Shown here: piece by piece, positions 1 through 11,870 of the stretch | Position numbering within the stretch: the stretch's first letter is position 1 | How the letters are laid out: every line of letters starts with the position of its first letter | Made by a program: the position numbers and the translations under genes | The notes under the pieces: generated by a model | The model's database searches: none | What the model saw: the letters and a program-made list of their open reading frames with translations, nothing else | Told to the model about the DNA's origin: nothing | Assembly (NCBI RefSeq): GCF_963921235.1 | Contig: NC_086098.1 | Span: 25,606,001 to 25,670,000, forward strand | Direction of reading: 5' to 3' | Length of the DNA: 64,000 nucleotides | DNA from: Mobula hypostoma | Taxonomy: Eukaryota

Positions 1-320
1 AAGACCTTGCTAAGGAAGTGACTGAGATGCTACTCAGTTGGTAAGAGTATAGAACTGGGGAACTGGAAAAGATATGAGGGGTGGATTTGAGGTGTGGGGG
101 AGTCAGGAAAGTTAAGGAGGACGGTCAGGGGAAGTCATAAACCAAAGCTATGACCTTTCAGGGCTGCCATGAGGAGAAATTCCAAACCAAAGATTAGTCA
201 ATGAGTACATTCAATGCTGAGATCAATAGTTTTATTTACCCAAAAACAAAGTACTGGAAACACTTAGTGAGTGAGGCAACATTGGTGCAGAAACTAACAA
301 TAAAAATTTAAGATGAATTT

Positions 321-570
321 AAGTCTTAGGTACATACATACAGCTGGGGCGCCTAAGATTTTTGCACAGTACTGTACTAATTTTATGTATTGCACTGTAC
401 TGCTGCTGCAGGAAGACAAATTTCATGACATTTGTGAGTGATCATAAACCTGATTCTGATATGGGTCTCTATTGTGGACTGAAAGTGGGAAGGGAGCAGG
501 AAGAGGGGATTTCATGGTTGGGGAAAAGGGAAGATAGAGAGACATTCTGTAATGGTCAATAAATCAATTG
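321..570 (+). repeat. 250-bp near-identical copy of 1535-1784 (part of a composite repeat)
   Basis: Direct comparison shows one substitution (tacatacata vs tacatatata); the ORF track gives identical 66-aa translations at 362 and 1576. Confidence 0.95.
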
Positions 571-1369
571 CCTATGAACAGAATGAGAAAACATTAGAAA
601 TTAAATTTAGGTTACAGTCTAGGGGAAGAACGCAAGAAGGGAAAGGAACAGAGAAATTGAGCAGTGAATTAAATGATAGTAGCTGAAGGTCACAGAGTGA
701 AACAGAGGTTTTGTCCCCAACCACTTTTCAATGCTGATTTTCAAATGTAATTTTGTCTCCATTTTCTCTATACCTGCCTTCTTGTTTCCTAGTATAATTC
801 AAGACTTTAGGGTCACAGACTCTTACATAAGACTGCCTGCAGGGAGAAGAATTCACTTCCAATTTTGAAACTTCCAGCAAGGCTTAAACAGCTTAATATT
901 CCTCAGCAAACAGGATTAACAACTAATACCGATACACCATGTAATTGAACATAATTAAACATAGAATAGTCAGTGTTTGAAATTAATCAGTTTATAAGCC
1001 TGCAATAAAGACTTCCCTGAAGCTCACACAAATCATGCCAAGACCAGTCTGAGTACTTATATGGTCAAGAGCTTTGGTTTCTATACAACAATAACAAAGT
1101 TGAAACATTGCCACTGACTGAAGGTTGGAAAAGCACCAAGAACACTACCCTATGTTTCTGCTTGGCTGTGGGGAAATGTCTGGCAAAAATCTGATGCAAT
1201 CTGAGCAGACCAGGTTACAGAGGCCCCATATAAAGTAGGTAAGCATAAATGATTCTGTCTACCTCTACAGATGTCCTAAACACGTAAATGTATAAGGCAA
1301 ATAAAGTTGATCCTTCAATGCTATTAACAGAGGGACAAGTACCAGGAAAAACATTCTTTACACTGAGAA

Positions 1370-1455
1370 CAAACAAGAGAAAATCTGCAGATGCAGGAAA
1401 TCCAAGCAACATACACAAACTGCTGGAGGAACTCAGCAGGCCAGGCAGCATCAAT
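1370..1455 (-). mobile_element. Short Penelope-type terminal (pLTR/3' end) fragment
   Basis: aaatctgcagatgc..gctggaggaactcagcaggccaggcagcatc matches the ends of the larger Penelope copies in this window. Confidence 0.75.
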
Positions 1456-1518
1456 GTCAGAGAGTATAGTTACGCTTAAGACTACCAACTATAACAGCTG
1501 ATAATCAATCGTAGCATA

Positions 1519-2000
1519 TACAAGTAGTGTGCAAAAGTCTTAGGTACATATATACAGCTGGGGCGCCTAAGATTTTTGCACAGTACTGTACTAATTTTAT
1601 GTATTGCACTGTACTGCTGCTGCAGGAAGACAAATTTCATGACATTTGTGAGTGATCATAAACCTGATTCTGATATGGGTCTCTATTGTGGACTGAAAGT
1701 GGGAAGGGAGCAGGAAGAGGGGATTTCATGGTTGGGGAAAAGGGAAGATAGAGAGACATTCTGTAATGGTCAATAAATCAATTGTTTAGAATCAAATGAA
1801 CTTGCCTGGTGTCTCAGTGCTGGGTGTGTCTGCACATGCAGCACCTCCTACCCCCGGCATTTCTTCTCAGCCTCCCGTCCCACACCCCTCCCATGGCGCA
1901 CCACACCTGCCATTCCCAACATCCTTTGCTTCCGCCAGATTTACAAGTTTGCTGTCCGCTCCATGTTGACATATACAGTATTGTGCATAGATTTTAGGTA
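1519..2000. mobile_element. Composite repeat: Tc1/mariner-type TIR palindrome (MITE-like) plus LINE-like tail
   Basis: gtgtgcaaaagtcttagg..cctaagatttttgcacagtactgTA inverted repeat ending in TA; a third TIR-like copy (tacagtattgtgca..ttaggtac) near 1975. Confidence 0.6.
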
Positions 2001-2009
2001 CCTGAGCGT

Positions 2010-2350
2010 GGGTTTGGATGGCAGTTAATGGGCATGGCAAGGCTTGGGTGGCAGTTAAAATAAGACTAATATAGTCACCTGTTCACCTGTATGCCGAGGG
2101 GATGTGCCAAGGGTGTGCATATATTTTTTGTTGACCACTTGTCCTTGTTTGAATTTGATGCATTTTGCATGAATTACAGAAGAGTCGAATGATTTTATTG
2201 CTGGTTTGTAATAAAGGATTAAACATACTTCTTCAATTTGAAACTCAGTTAGTTGGAAGCATGTCATACCGTGCAATACTCCCTCACTTATTCTCTCAGC
2301 GACTTTTAGTTTGTTTTCAAGTAGTCGCTACAGTCCAGGCATCTGACATG
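2010..2350. repeat. Unclassified interspersed repeat, diverged second copy at ~15070-15410
   Basis: Shared blocks aagagtcgaatgat..tgtaataaaggattaa..agttagttggaagc..cttttagtttgttttcaa in both copies. Confidence 0.75.
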
Positions 2351-2408
2351 TTTGTATGGAGGTTGGCACCAGCACTGTTATTAAAATGCTCTTTCCAGGA
2401 TCAGTGTT

Positions 2409-3045
2409 GGAATGGGAATGGGATGTGGAATTAAAATGTGTGGCTACGCCTATGCTCTGTCTGCCAGAGAAAGCAGGATCTCCCAGTGGCCACACATTTT
2501 AATTCCACATCCCATTCCCATTCTGACATGTCTATCCACGGCCTCCTCTACTGTAAAGATGAAGCCACACTCAGGTTGGAGGAACAACACCTTATGTTCT
2601 GTCTGGGTAGCCTTCAACCTGATGGCATGGACATTGACTTCTCTAACTTCCGCTAATGGCCCACCTCCCCCTCGTACCCCATCCGTTATTTATTTATATA
2701 CACACATTCTTTCTCTCTCGCTCTCTCTCCTTTTTGTCCCTCTGACTATACCCCTTGCCCATCCTCTGGGCTTCTCTCCCCCCCCCCCGCCCTTGTCTTT
2801 CTCCCCGGACCTCCTGTCCCATGATCCTCTCATATCCTTTTTGCCAATCACCTGTCCAGCTCTTGGCTCCATCCCTCCCCCTCCTGTCTTCTCCTATCAT
2901 TTTGGATCTCCCCCTCCCTCTACTACTTTCAAATTGCTTACTAGCTCTTCTTTCAGTTAGTCCTAACGAAGGGTCTCGGCCCAAAACATCGACTGTACCT
3001 CTTCCAAGAGATGCTGCCTGGCCTGCTGTGTTCACCGGCAACTTT
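2409..3045 (+). mobile_element. 5'-truncated Penelope-like element (GIY-YIG endonuclease C-terminus plus 3' end) with a short 5' inversion
   Basis: Translation PVATHFNSTSHSHSDMSIHGLLYC..RLEEQHL..LGSLQPDGMDIDFSNFR*; degenerate hammerhead motif at ~2959-2994; 2410-2445 is the reverse complement of ~2489-2523. Confidence 0.85.
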
Positions 3046-3869
3046 AAACTGAATGCCACGTCTATTCTGCAAGATTTGACTTGAAATACAATTTCAAATT
3101 ACAATGACCAAATTAAATAATTTATAATAATTTAGGGAGATTAGAAATTTACTGTTCTATACTAATGTAGGCAAGACAGTTAACTTCAGAGTATTGAACT
3201 GCCCCATCACTTTGCCAGATCCAGTTTTCCCGTGTACACAAAAACTAAAATTTGGTAAATACCGTCATTTAAATGACAGTTCTTTTAAATAAATTCTCAA
3301 TGATGAAAGTATTATTTCACAAATTACGATAAGCTTAAGAACGTGTAAAATAGGACTCCCCATCTCATGTTCTCAATCTTTACTGCGTATTTATTTATTT
3401 ATTATCATTATTATTACTTTCTTTTTGTATTTGCACAGCTTGTTGTCTTTTGCACACTGGCTGACCACCCAAGACAGTACAGTCTTTCACTGATTCTACT
3501 ATGGCCCTATTGAGTATGCCGGCAAGTAAATGAGTCTCAGGGATGTATATGGTGACATACATGTACTTCAATGATAAATTTCCTTTGTACTTTGAATAAT
3601 CTCACAGCACAATTAATTGTGTCTCAAATAATTTTAATAATATGTCACAGTTGTTGTACTACATGACCCATTAATTATCATTTATGTCTAAACCTGGAAA
3701 CATTTACACTTCAGGCTACAGACTTTAGCTACAACAACCATAAGATCATCATCTACCTCACAGTTTATTAATGATTTGAACCTATTTTATACAACACCAT
3801 ATATGTGGATCTAACTGATTTCAAACACCAGAAAAATTGCTTTTTTTTAAGCTCCCAATGCTGTTTGTT

Positions 3870-4155
3870 TATTTATTTGCATATACAGCATGGAACAGGC
3901 CCTTCTGGGCTAACGAACTGCACCACCCAGCAACCCACCTATTTAATCCTAGCCTAGTCACAGGACAATTTATAATGACTAATTACCCTATTAACCAGTA
4001 TGTCTTTGGAATGTGGGAGGAAACCGGAGCACACGGAGGAGCTCCACATGTTATGGGGAGGGACGTACAAACTCCTTACAGGCGACGCTGAAATTCAACT
4101 CCAAACTCAGACACCGAGCTGTAATAGTGTTATGCTAACTGCTACACTACCGCGT
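3870..4155 (-). mobile_element. tRNA-derived V-SINE (HE1-like)
   Basis: Reverse complement of the V-domain (gtgggaggaaaccggagcac) with a tRNA-like head toward 4150 and a (TTTA) tail. Confidence 0.75.
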
Positions 4156-4335
4156 CTCCATTGTGATTTAACCTGTCCCTACGAATATTACATTAAGTAT
4201 TACCTCTAAATGAGCCTTTAGAAAAATGCAAAACTACACAAGAGTTTATTTTTGTGCAATGCACACAAAGTCAAGTTTTCTTCTCCCCAGGGGCTGAATG
4301 CAGGTAGAAATGTGTCCATGTCAAATGGCACCAAT

Positions 4336-4840
4336 CTACGAGTCTGTGGTGGCCAGTTCAATCACGTTTGCTGTTGTGTGCTGGGGCAGCAGGCTGAGGG
4401 TAGCAGACACCAACAGAATCAACAAACTCATTCGTAAGGCCAGTGATGTTGTGGGGATGGAACTGGACTCTCTGACGGTGGTGTCTGAAAAGAGGATGCT
4501 GTCCAAGTTGCATGCCATCTTGGTCAATGTCTCCCATCCACTACATAATGTACTGGGTGGGCACAGGAGTACATTCAGCCAGAGACTCATTCCACCGAGA
4601 TGCAACACAGAGTGTCACAGGAAGTCATTCCTGCCTGTGGCCATCAGACTTTACAACTTTTCCCTTGGAGGGTCAGACACCCTGAGCCAATAGGCTGGTC
4701 CTGGACTTATTTCATAATTTACTGGCATAATTTACATATTACTATTTAACTATTTATGGTTCTATTATTATTTATGGTGCAACTGTAACAAAAACCAATT
4801 TCCCCCGGGATCAATAAAGTATGACTATGACTATGACTAT
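4336..4840 (+). mobile_element. Rex1/Babar LINE 3' fragment
   Basis: C-terminal ORF YESVVAS..FAVVCWG..KLIRKAS..SHPLH..RKSFLPVAIRLYN; tail cccccgggatcaataaagta(tgacta)n. Confidence 0.85.
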
Positions 4841-4864
4841 GGAGATTCTTTTGCATACAAATGT

Positions 4865-6483
4865 GAGGTTGATGTTTTGGAGCATGCTGATATTAAGGGA
4901 GAGGAGGTGTTGGAGTTGTTAAAATACATTAGGTATAAGTCCCTGGGGCCTGACGGAATATTCCCCAGGCTGCTCCACGAGGCGAAAGAGATTGTAGAAT
5001 CTCTGGCTAGGATCTTTATGTCCTCGTTGTCCACGGGAATGGTACCGGAGGACTGGAGGGAGGCGAATGTTGTTCCCTTGTTCAAAAAAGGTAGTAGGGA
5101 TAGTCCGGGTAATTATAGACCAGTGAGCCTTACGTCTGTGGTGGGAAAGCTATTGGAAAAGATTCTTAGAGATAGGATCTATAGGCATTTAGAGAATCAT
5201 GGTCTGATCAGGGACAGTCAGCATGGCTTTGTGAAGGGCAGATCGTGTCTAACAAGCCTGACAGAGTTCTTTGAGGAGGTGACCAGGCATATAGATGAGG
5301 GTAGTGCAGTGGATGTGATCTATATGGATTTTAGTAAGGCATTTGACAAGGTTCCACACGGTAGGCTTATTCAGAAAGTTAGAAGGCATGGGATCTAGGG
5401 AAGTTTGGCCAGGTGGATTCAGAATTGGCTTGCCTGCAGAAGGCAGAGGGTGGTGGTGGAGGGAGTACATTCAGATTGGAGAATTGTGACTAGTGGTGTC
5501 CCACAAGGATCTGTTCTGGGACCTCTACTTTTCGTGATTTTTATTAACGACCTGGATGTGGGGGTAGAATGGTGGGTTGGCAAGTTTGCAGACGACACAA
5601 AGGTTGGTGGTGTTATAGATAGTGTAGAGGATTGTCAAAGATTGCAGAGAGACATTGATAGGATGCAGAAGTGGGCTGAAAAGTGGCAGATGGAGTTCAA
5701 CCCGGAGAAATGTGAGGTGGTACACTTTGGAAGGACAAACTCCCAAGGCAGAGTACAAAGTAAATGGCAGGATACTTGGTAGTGTGGAGGAGCAGAGGGA
5801 TCTCGGGGTACATGTCCACAGATCCCTGAACGTTGCCTCACAGGTGGATAGGGTAGTTAAGAAAGCTTATGGGGCGTTAGCTTTCATAAATCGAGGGATA
5901 GAGTTTAAGAGTCGCGATGTAATGATGCAGCTCTATAAAACTCTAGTTAGGCCACACTTGGAGTATTGTGTCCAGTTCTGGTCACCTCACTATAGGAACA
6001 ATGTAGAAGCATTGGAAAGGGTACAGAGGAGATTTACCAGGATGCTGCCTGGTTTAGAAAGTATGGATTATGATCAGAGATTAAGGGAGCTAGGGCTTTA
6101 CTCTTTGGAGAGAAGGAGGATGAGAGGAGACATGATAGAGGTGTACAAGATAATAAGAGGTATAGATAGAGTAGATAGCCAGCACCGCTTCCCCAGGGCA
6201 CCACTGCTCAATACAAGAGGACATGGCTTTAAGGTAAGGAGTGGGAAGTTCAAGGGGGATATTAGAGGAAGGTTTTTTACTCAGAGAGTGGTTGGTGCGT
6301 GGAATGCACTGCCTGAGTCAGTGGTGGAGGCAGATACACTAGTGAAGTTTAAGAGACTACTAGACAGGTATATGGAGGAATCTAAGGTGGGGGCTTATAT
6401 GGGAGGCAGGGTTTGAGGGTCGGCACAACATTGTGGGCCGAAGGGCCTGTACTGTGCTGTACTATTCTATGTTCTATGTTCTA
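4865..6483 (+). mobile_element. CR1-clade LINE, 5'-truncated ORF2 (RT) with stops and frameshifts
   Basis: [48 protein letters not shown] motifs; (TTCTATG)n tail. Confidence 0.95.
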
Positions 6484-6685
6484 AATCATGACAATGTCCT
6501 ATCTATTGCATCAAATATGCATGTAATATGATTCTTCAAGTACTGCTCCTTTAAGGCGTTGGAAGAGGAAACCAGTTCAATGTGACGGCAAAGTGAACCT
6601 ATCTCCAACTCTGTCAATCCAGTTAGGACAGCTGTATCTACAACTGTGCAATTTAAAGGGAGCACTCATAAAACAAGTCCCAGCC

Positions 6686-7193
6686 TGGAGCAAAAGTAGG
6701 TTATTCAGCCCATCAAGTCTGTTCCACTATTCCATCATAGCAAAGACTCCCGTAACCTTTCACGCACTGACTAATCAAGAAACTATTAATCTCCACCTTA
6801 CGTACAAACAGTTACCTTGCCTCCACAGCTGCCTGTGGCAATGAAATCCAGATTCACCATCCTCTGGCTAAAGAAATTCCTACTCATCTCTGTTCTAAAA
6901 TGGACATTCCTCTAATCTGAGGCTATGTCCTCTGGTCCTAGACTCTCCCACCATAGAAACACCCTCTCCACATGCACTCTATCTAGGCCTTTCAACATCT
7001 GACAGGTTTCAATAGATTCCCCCACGTTCTTTTAAATTCTAGTGAGTAAACGCCCACAGCCATCAATTGCTCTTTGTGTGATAAGCATTTTATTCCCATA
7101 ATCATTCTTGTGAACCTCCACTGAACCCTCTCTAATGTCAGCACATCCTTTCTTAGATAAGGGGCCCAAAACTGCTCACAATACTTCAAGTAA
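6686..7193 (-). mobile_element. CR1 3' fragment (degenerate)
   Basis: YCEQFWAPYLRKDVLTLERVQWRFTRMI translation on the minus strand. Confidence 0.85.
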
Positions 7194-7195
7194 GG

Positions 7196-8803
7196 AGCAC
7201 ATACAAAAAATGCTGGTGGAACGCAGCAGGCCAGGCAGCAGCTATAGGAAGAGGTACAGTCAACGTTTCGGGCCGGGTCCCTTTGTCAGGATTAACTGAA
7301 AGAAGAGATAGTAAGAGATTTGAAAGTGGGAGGGGGAGGGGGAGATCCAAAACGATAGAAGAAGACAGGAGGGGGAGAGATGGAGCTAAGAGCTAGAAAG
7401 TTGATTGGCAAAAGGGATATGAGACCGGAAAAGGGAGAGGGTCATGGGACGGGAGGCCTAGGGAAAAAGAAAGGAGGGGGGTGCCCAAAGGATGGGGAAG
7501 AGTATAGTGAGAGGGACGGGGTGGGGGGGGGGAAGAGAGGGGGATGGGGGGAGGGGGGAAGGAATAATAATAATAAATAACCGATGGGGTACAAAGGGGA
7601 GGTGGGGCATTAACGGAAGTTAGAGTAGTCAATGTTAATGCCATCAGGTTGGAGGCTACCCAGACGGAATATAAGGTGTTGTTCCTCCAACCTGAGTGTG
7701 GCTTCATCCTGACACTAGAGGAGGCCATGGATAGACATGTCAGAATGGGAATAGGACGTGGAATTAAAATGTGTGGCCACTGGGAAATCCTGCTTTCTCT
7801 GGCGGACAGAGTGTAGGTGTTCAGCAAAATGGTCTCCCAGCCTGTGTCGGGTCTTGCCAATATATAGAAGGCCACATCAGGAGCACCGGACGCAGTATAT
7901 CACCCCAGCCGACTCATAGGTGAAGCGTCGCCTCACCTGGAAGGACTGTCTGGGGCCCTGAATGGTGGTGAGGAAGGAAGTGTAAGGGCATGTGTAGCAC
8001 TTGTTCCGCTTACAAGGATTAAGTGCAGGCAGGGAGATCAGTGGAGAGGGATGGGGGGGTACGAATGGACAAGGGAGTTGTGTAGGGAGCGATCCCTGCA
8101 GAAAGTGGGGGGGGAGGGAAAGATGTGCTTATTGGTGGGATCCTGTTGGGGGTGGTGGAAGTTACGGAAAATTATATGTTGGACCCAGAGGCTGGTGGGG
8201 TGGTAGGTGAGGACAAGGGGAACCCTATTCCTAGTGGGGTGGTGGGAGGATGGGGTGAGAGCAGATGTGCGTGAAATGGGAGAGATGCGTTTGAGAGCAG
8301 AGTTGATGGTGGAGGAAGGGAAGCCCCTTTCTTTAAAAAAGGAGGACATCTCCTTCGTCCTGGAATGAAAAGCCTCATCCTGAGAGCAGATGCGGTGGAG
8401 ATGGAAGAATTGCGAGAAGGGGATGGCACTTTTGAAAGGGACAGGGTGGGAAGAGGAATAGTCCAGGTAGCTGTGAGAGTCCGTAGGCTTATAGTAGACA
8501 TCAGTAGATAAGCTGTCTCCAGAGACAGAGACAGAAAGATCTAGAAAGGGGAGGAAGGTGTCGGAAATGGACCAGGTAAACTTGAGGGCAGGGTGAAAGT
8601 TGGAGGCAAAGTTAATGAAGTCCACGAGCTCATCATACGTGCAGGAAGCAGCGCCAATGCAGTCATCGATATAGCGAAGGAAAAGTCGGGGACAGATACC
8701 AGTTCAGGCTTGGAACATGGATTGTTCCACAAAGCCAACAAAAAGGCAGGCATAGCTGGGACCCATACGGGTGCCCATGGCTACACCTTTAGTTTGGAGG
8801 AAG
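7196..8803 (-). mobile_element. Penelope-like retroelement: RT C-terminal half, GIY-YIG endonuclease and 3' end
   Basis: GVAMGTRMGPSYA, RYIDD (~8660-8676), LPFLD..YYKPTDSHSYL, VIYC..LYIG, PVATHFN motifs; terminal repeat with a mutated hammerhead at ~7260-7292. Confidence 0.92.
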
Positions 8804-9409
8804 GACTAATTCCACTAGACGGAGCAGAGTGGTGGTAGAAGGGAACTGGTTAGGTCTGGAATCCAAACCACTGCCTTATAAATTCTCAGCACAACATTTT
8901 TGCATTTATATTCTTATCCTCTCATAATAAAAGCTAACTGTTGTTCATCACTCTCCAATTCCCTCGGTAATGAAGCCACCGACATCCCTCAAGCTCAGAT
9001 CCATTACCCGTCAATCTCTCAGACACAAGGCCCCATCGTTCAAACTATACACATCAACCACCTCCCCGTGATTACGTAACCCAACTGCAAGCCCCCATTA
9101 CACACTGACCCTTCCCCAATCAGAAACTCCCAGTAATAATCATAATTTAGTGCCCAATTTTCCTCATTGAGCGTTATCACAATTCAGCAATGATACTCAC
9201 AACACCCACATTTTTCATCCCAACCACTCTAAGCCCAATAAGTCACATCTGACCTTACTTCCCACTACCATTTATGTGTCTCAGCTGTACCTCTCCTTTC
9301 ACATGACCCGTTCCAATCATCAACCCCTGCCCTCATCACTGAAACGCTCTCCCTGTGAACAGCACTAAAAGGCAGCAGAGATGACCTTCAGTAATGATGT
9401 CTATTAATA

Positions 9410-9493
9410 CTTTTTTCCATAGATAGTGCCTGAGTTCCTCCAGCATTTTGTGTTTGTTGCTTGGATTTCCAGCATCTACAGATTTTCTCTTGC
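9410..9493 (+). mobile_element. Short Penelope terminal fragment
   Basis: ctgagttcctccagcattttg..ttccagcatctacagattttctc. Confidence 0.7.
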
Positions 9494-9499
9494 CCATAA

Positions 9500-9558
9500 G
9501 GATCTGGTCCTTGAACATGTGGATCTGGTCCTTGACCATGTGGATCTGGTCCTTGAAC
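9500..9558. repeat. 21-bp tandem repeat, ~2.8 copies
   Basis: (ggatctggtccttgaMcatgt)n. Confidence 0.9.
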
Positions 9559-9867
9559 CTACTGGTGTTACTCAGGCACTCTACACATCAGCAGCATGAA
9601 AACCAACATAAGCAATGGATCCACGATCAAAATGGACATTAGTGTTCCTCAGCGACTGCCAATACATTTCTAGGGCAATGCTTTAGGTTTACTTGACCAA
9701 CTGGCCTCCTAATTCTGGGTCTTCAGTGAATGTTGACCAGTGTGCTGCCTGCTCAAAAGCCATCAATCACCATTCACTAAGTTAGATGGCTTTTCATCTG
9801 TGGATGAAGACAATATGGACCCCGGTATTAAGAGTTTAAACTGAAACCCCTCACTAATTTTCTCAAG

Positions 9868-10511
9868 TCATCCGGCAGGAGGAGAGAGAGCAGCGCGCCG
9901 CTCGTGCGCAGCCCTCCGGTGAAAAATGATATCGTATCCGTTAAATAGGGGTTGTGGACAATTCTGATTTGATGGAGACAAATGTGAAAGCACAGAGGAA
10001 CATCTGGAAAAATTTCTGAAACACCAGTTTGCTGCTGTTGTTACTGCGCGGTCGGGAATCTTCCGGAGGGAAGGCCTCAAAATCCCCAGCTTTGCCTGCT
10101 GTTGGCAACCGAGATTGAGGTCGAATCGTTCGGACAGAGATGGCGCTCAGTACTCGGTGTCGGAGAGCTGATCGGAGGCTTGAAGTTTTCAGATGACTCA
10201 GAGTCGGACTGTGGTCGGGCATGGCAGGGAGAGTTTTTCTTTCTTCTCCCATCTGCGTGAGATGTGGGACATTTGAGAGACTTTGAACATTTTACTGTGC
10301 TCATGGACTTCTTCATCAAGTTATGGTATTGTTGCACTGTTGTAACTATATGTTATAATTATCTGGTTTTGTTAGTTTTCTCCGTCTTGGTCTGTCCTGT
10401 GTTTTGTGATATCACACTGGAGGAAATATTGTATCATTTCTTAATGCATGCATTACTAAATGACAATAAAAGAGGACTGCATGTCTTCATAATCTAAATC
10501 TAAAAAAAAAA
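9868..10511 (+). mobile_element. Non-autonomous retroposon (SINE-like), CpG-rich 5' part and LINE-like 3' tail
   Basis: Sharp GC/CpG-rich block ending in aatgacaataaa..(aatcta)2 plus an A-run; no meaningful ORF; family not identified. Confidence 0.5.
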
Positions 10512-10554
10512 TCAGAGACTCAAATTTAGAGATATTGAAGATGAGGTAGTATAG

Positions 10555-11141
10555 GATGTCGGTGAGGCCCAATTTTGAGTATTGTGTGCAGTTTTGGTCA
10601 CCTACCTACAGGAAAGATGCAAACAAGGTTGAAAGAGTACAGAGAAAATTTACAAAGATGTTGCTGGGTCTGGAAGACCTAAGTTATAAGGGAAGATTGA
10701 ATAGGTTAAGGCTTTATTCCTTGGAACGTAGAAGATTGAGGGGAGATTTGATAGGGGTATACAAAATTATGAGGGGTATAGATAGGGTAAACGCAAGCAG
10801 GCTTTTTCCACTTTTGGGATTACAACTAGAGGTCATGGATTAAGGGTGAAAGGTGAAAGTTCAAGGGGAACATGAGGGGAAACTTCACTCGTGTGGAATA
10901 AGCTACCAGCGCAAGTGATGCATGCGAACTCAATTTCAATATTTAAGAGAAGTTTGGATAGGTACATGGATGGCATACGTATAGAGGGCTGTGGTCCTGG
11001 TACAACAGGAGTAGGCAGTTCAAATGGTTCAACGGGAGTAGGCAGTTTAAATGGTTCGATGGGAGTAGACAGTTTAAATGGTTTGGCACTGACCAGATGG
11101 GCTGAAGGGCCTGTTTCTGTGCTGTACTTTTCTATGACTCT
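10555..11141 (+). mobile_element. CR1 3' fragment containing a 27-bp tandem triplication in its 3' UTR
   Basis: VRPNFEYCVQFWSP..LERRRLRGD; (ggagtaggcagtttaaatggtt..)x3 at ~11008-11083; tail ttctatgactcta. Confidence 0.9.
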
Positions 11142-11604
11142 ACCTGGATACATTTTTATGCAGGAAATTCAATATCCCAGTCATTTAAAAAAGTAGTGTA
11201 AATTACATTACACAATTAGAACTATTTATATCATACATTTACTATGAGACAAAATAAAATTCTAATTCATTATACTATGTATTGGAATCCAAAGCCTTTG
11301 CACAAGTATCGAAAGGCTGAACAGCACTAAAAGGCAGCAGAGATGACCTTCAGTAATTTTAGATGTGACCTGTTAATGTTCAGCAATGCAATCAATTATA
11401 AATTCTGATAAAGTCTTTAAGTAAACACAAAGTATAGTATTTCTCATGGGTGGAGGAACTCTACAAAGTTATTTATGAAAGGACTTTAACCTTGGAAATA
11501 TGGATGTCATTTGTCTCTCAAGAAAGCTCATGAAAAAAATCAACAAGGGAAGATTTTCTATTTGCTCAATATAGAGTGAATATTCATTGCATTAAGATGC
11601 AACA

Positions 11605-11870
11605 GGTAGTGTAGTGGTTAGCGCAACGTTATTTCAGCTTGGGGCATCTTGGAGTTCAATTCCAGTGCCGTCTGTAGGTCATCCCCACGGAATGCATGGG
11701 TTTTCCCCGGGTGCTCCGGTTTCCTCCCACAGTCCAAAGATGTACCAAGTAGGTTAACTGTTCATTGTAAATTGTCCCGTGATTAGATTAGGGTTAATCG
11801 GGTTTGTCGGGGGTTGCTGAGACAGCATAGCTTGAATGGCTGGGGCCTACTTCACACCGTATCATTAAAT
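11605..11870 (+). mobile_element. tRNA-derived V-SINE
   Basis: A-box-like tagtgtagtgg, B-box-like gttcaattcc, V-domain ccgggtgctccggtttcctcccac. Confidence 0.8.

Noticed and set aside
362-562. Identical 66-aa ORFs at 362 and 1576 suggesting a duplicated small gene
   Set aside because: TTG-start ORF inside a non-coding repeat; the identity reflects the DNA duplication
9500-9558. Short direct repeats (also ~11008-11083) resembling a CRISPR array
   Set aside because: Head-to-tail tandem repeats without unique spacers, in vertebrate DNA with no cas genes
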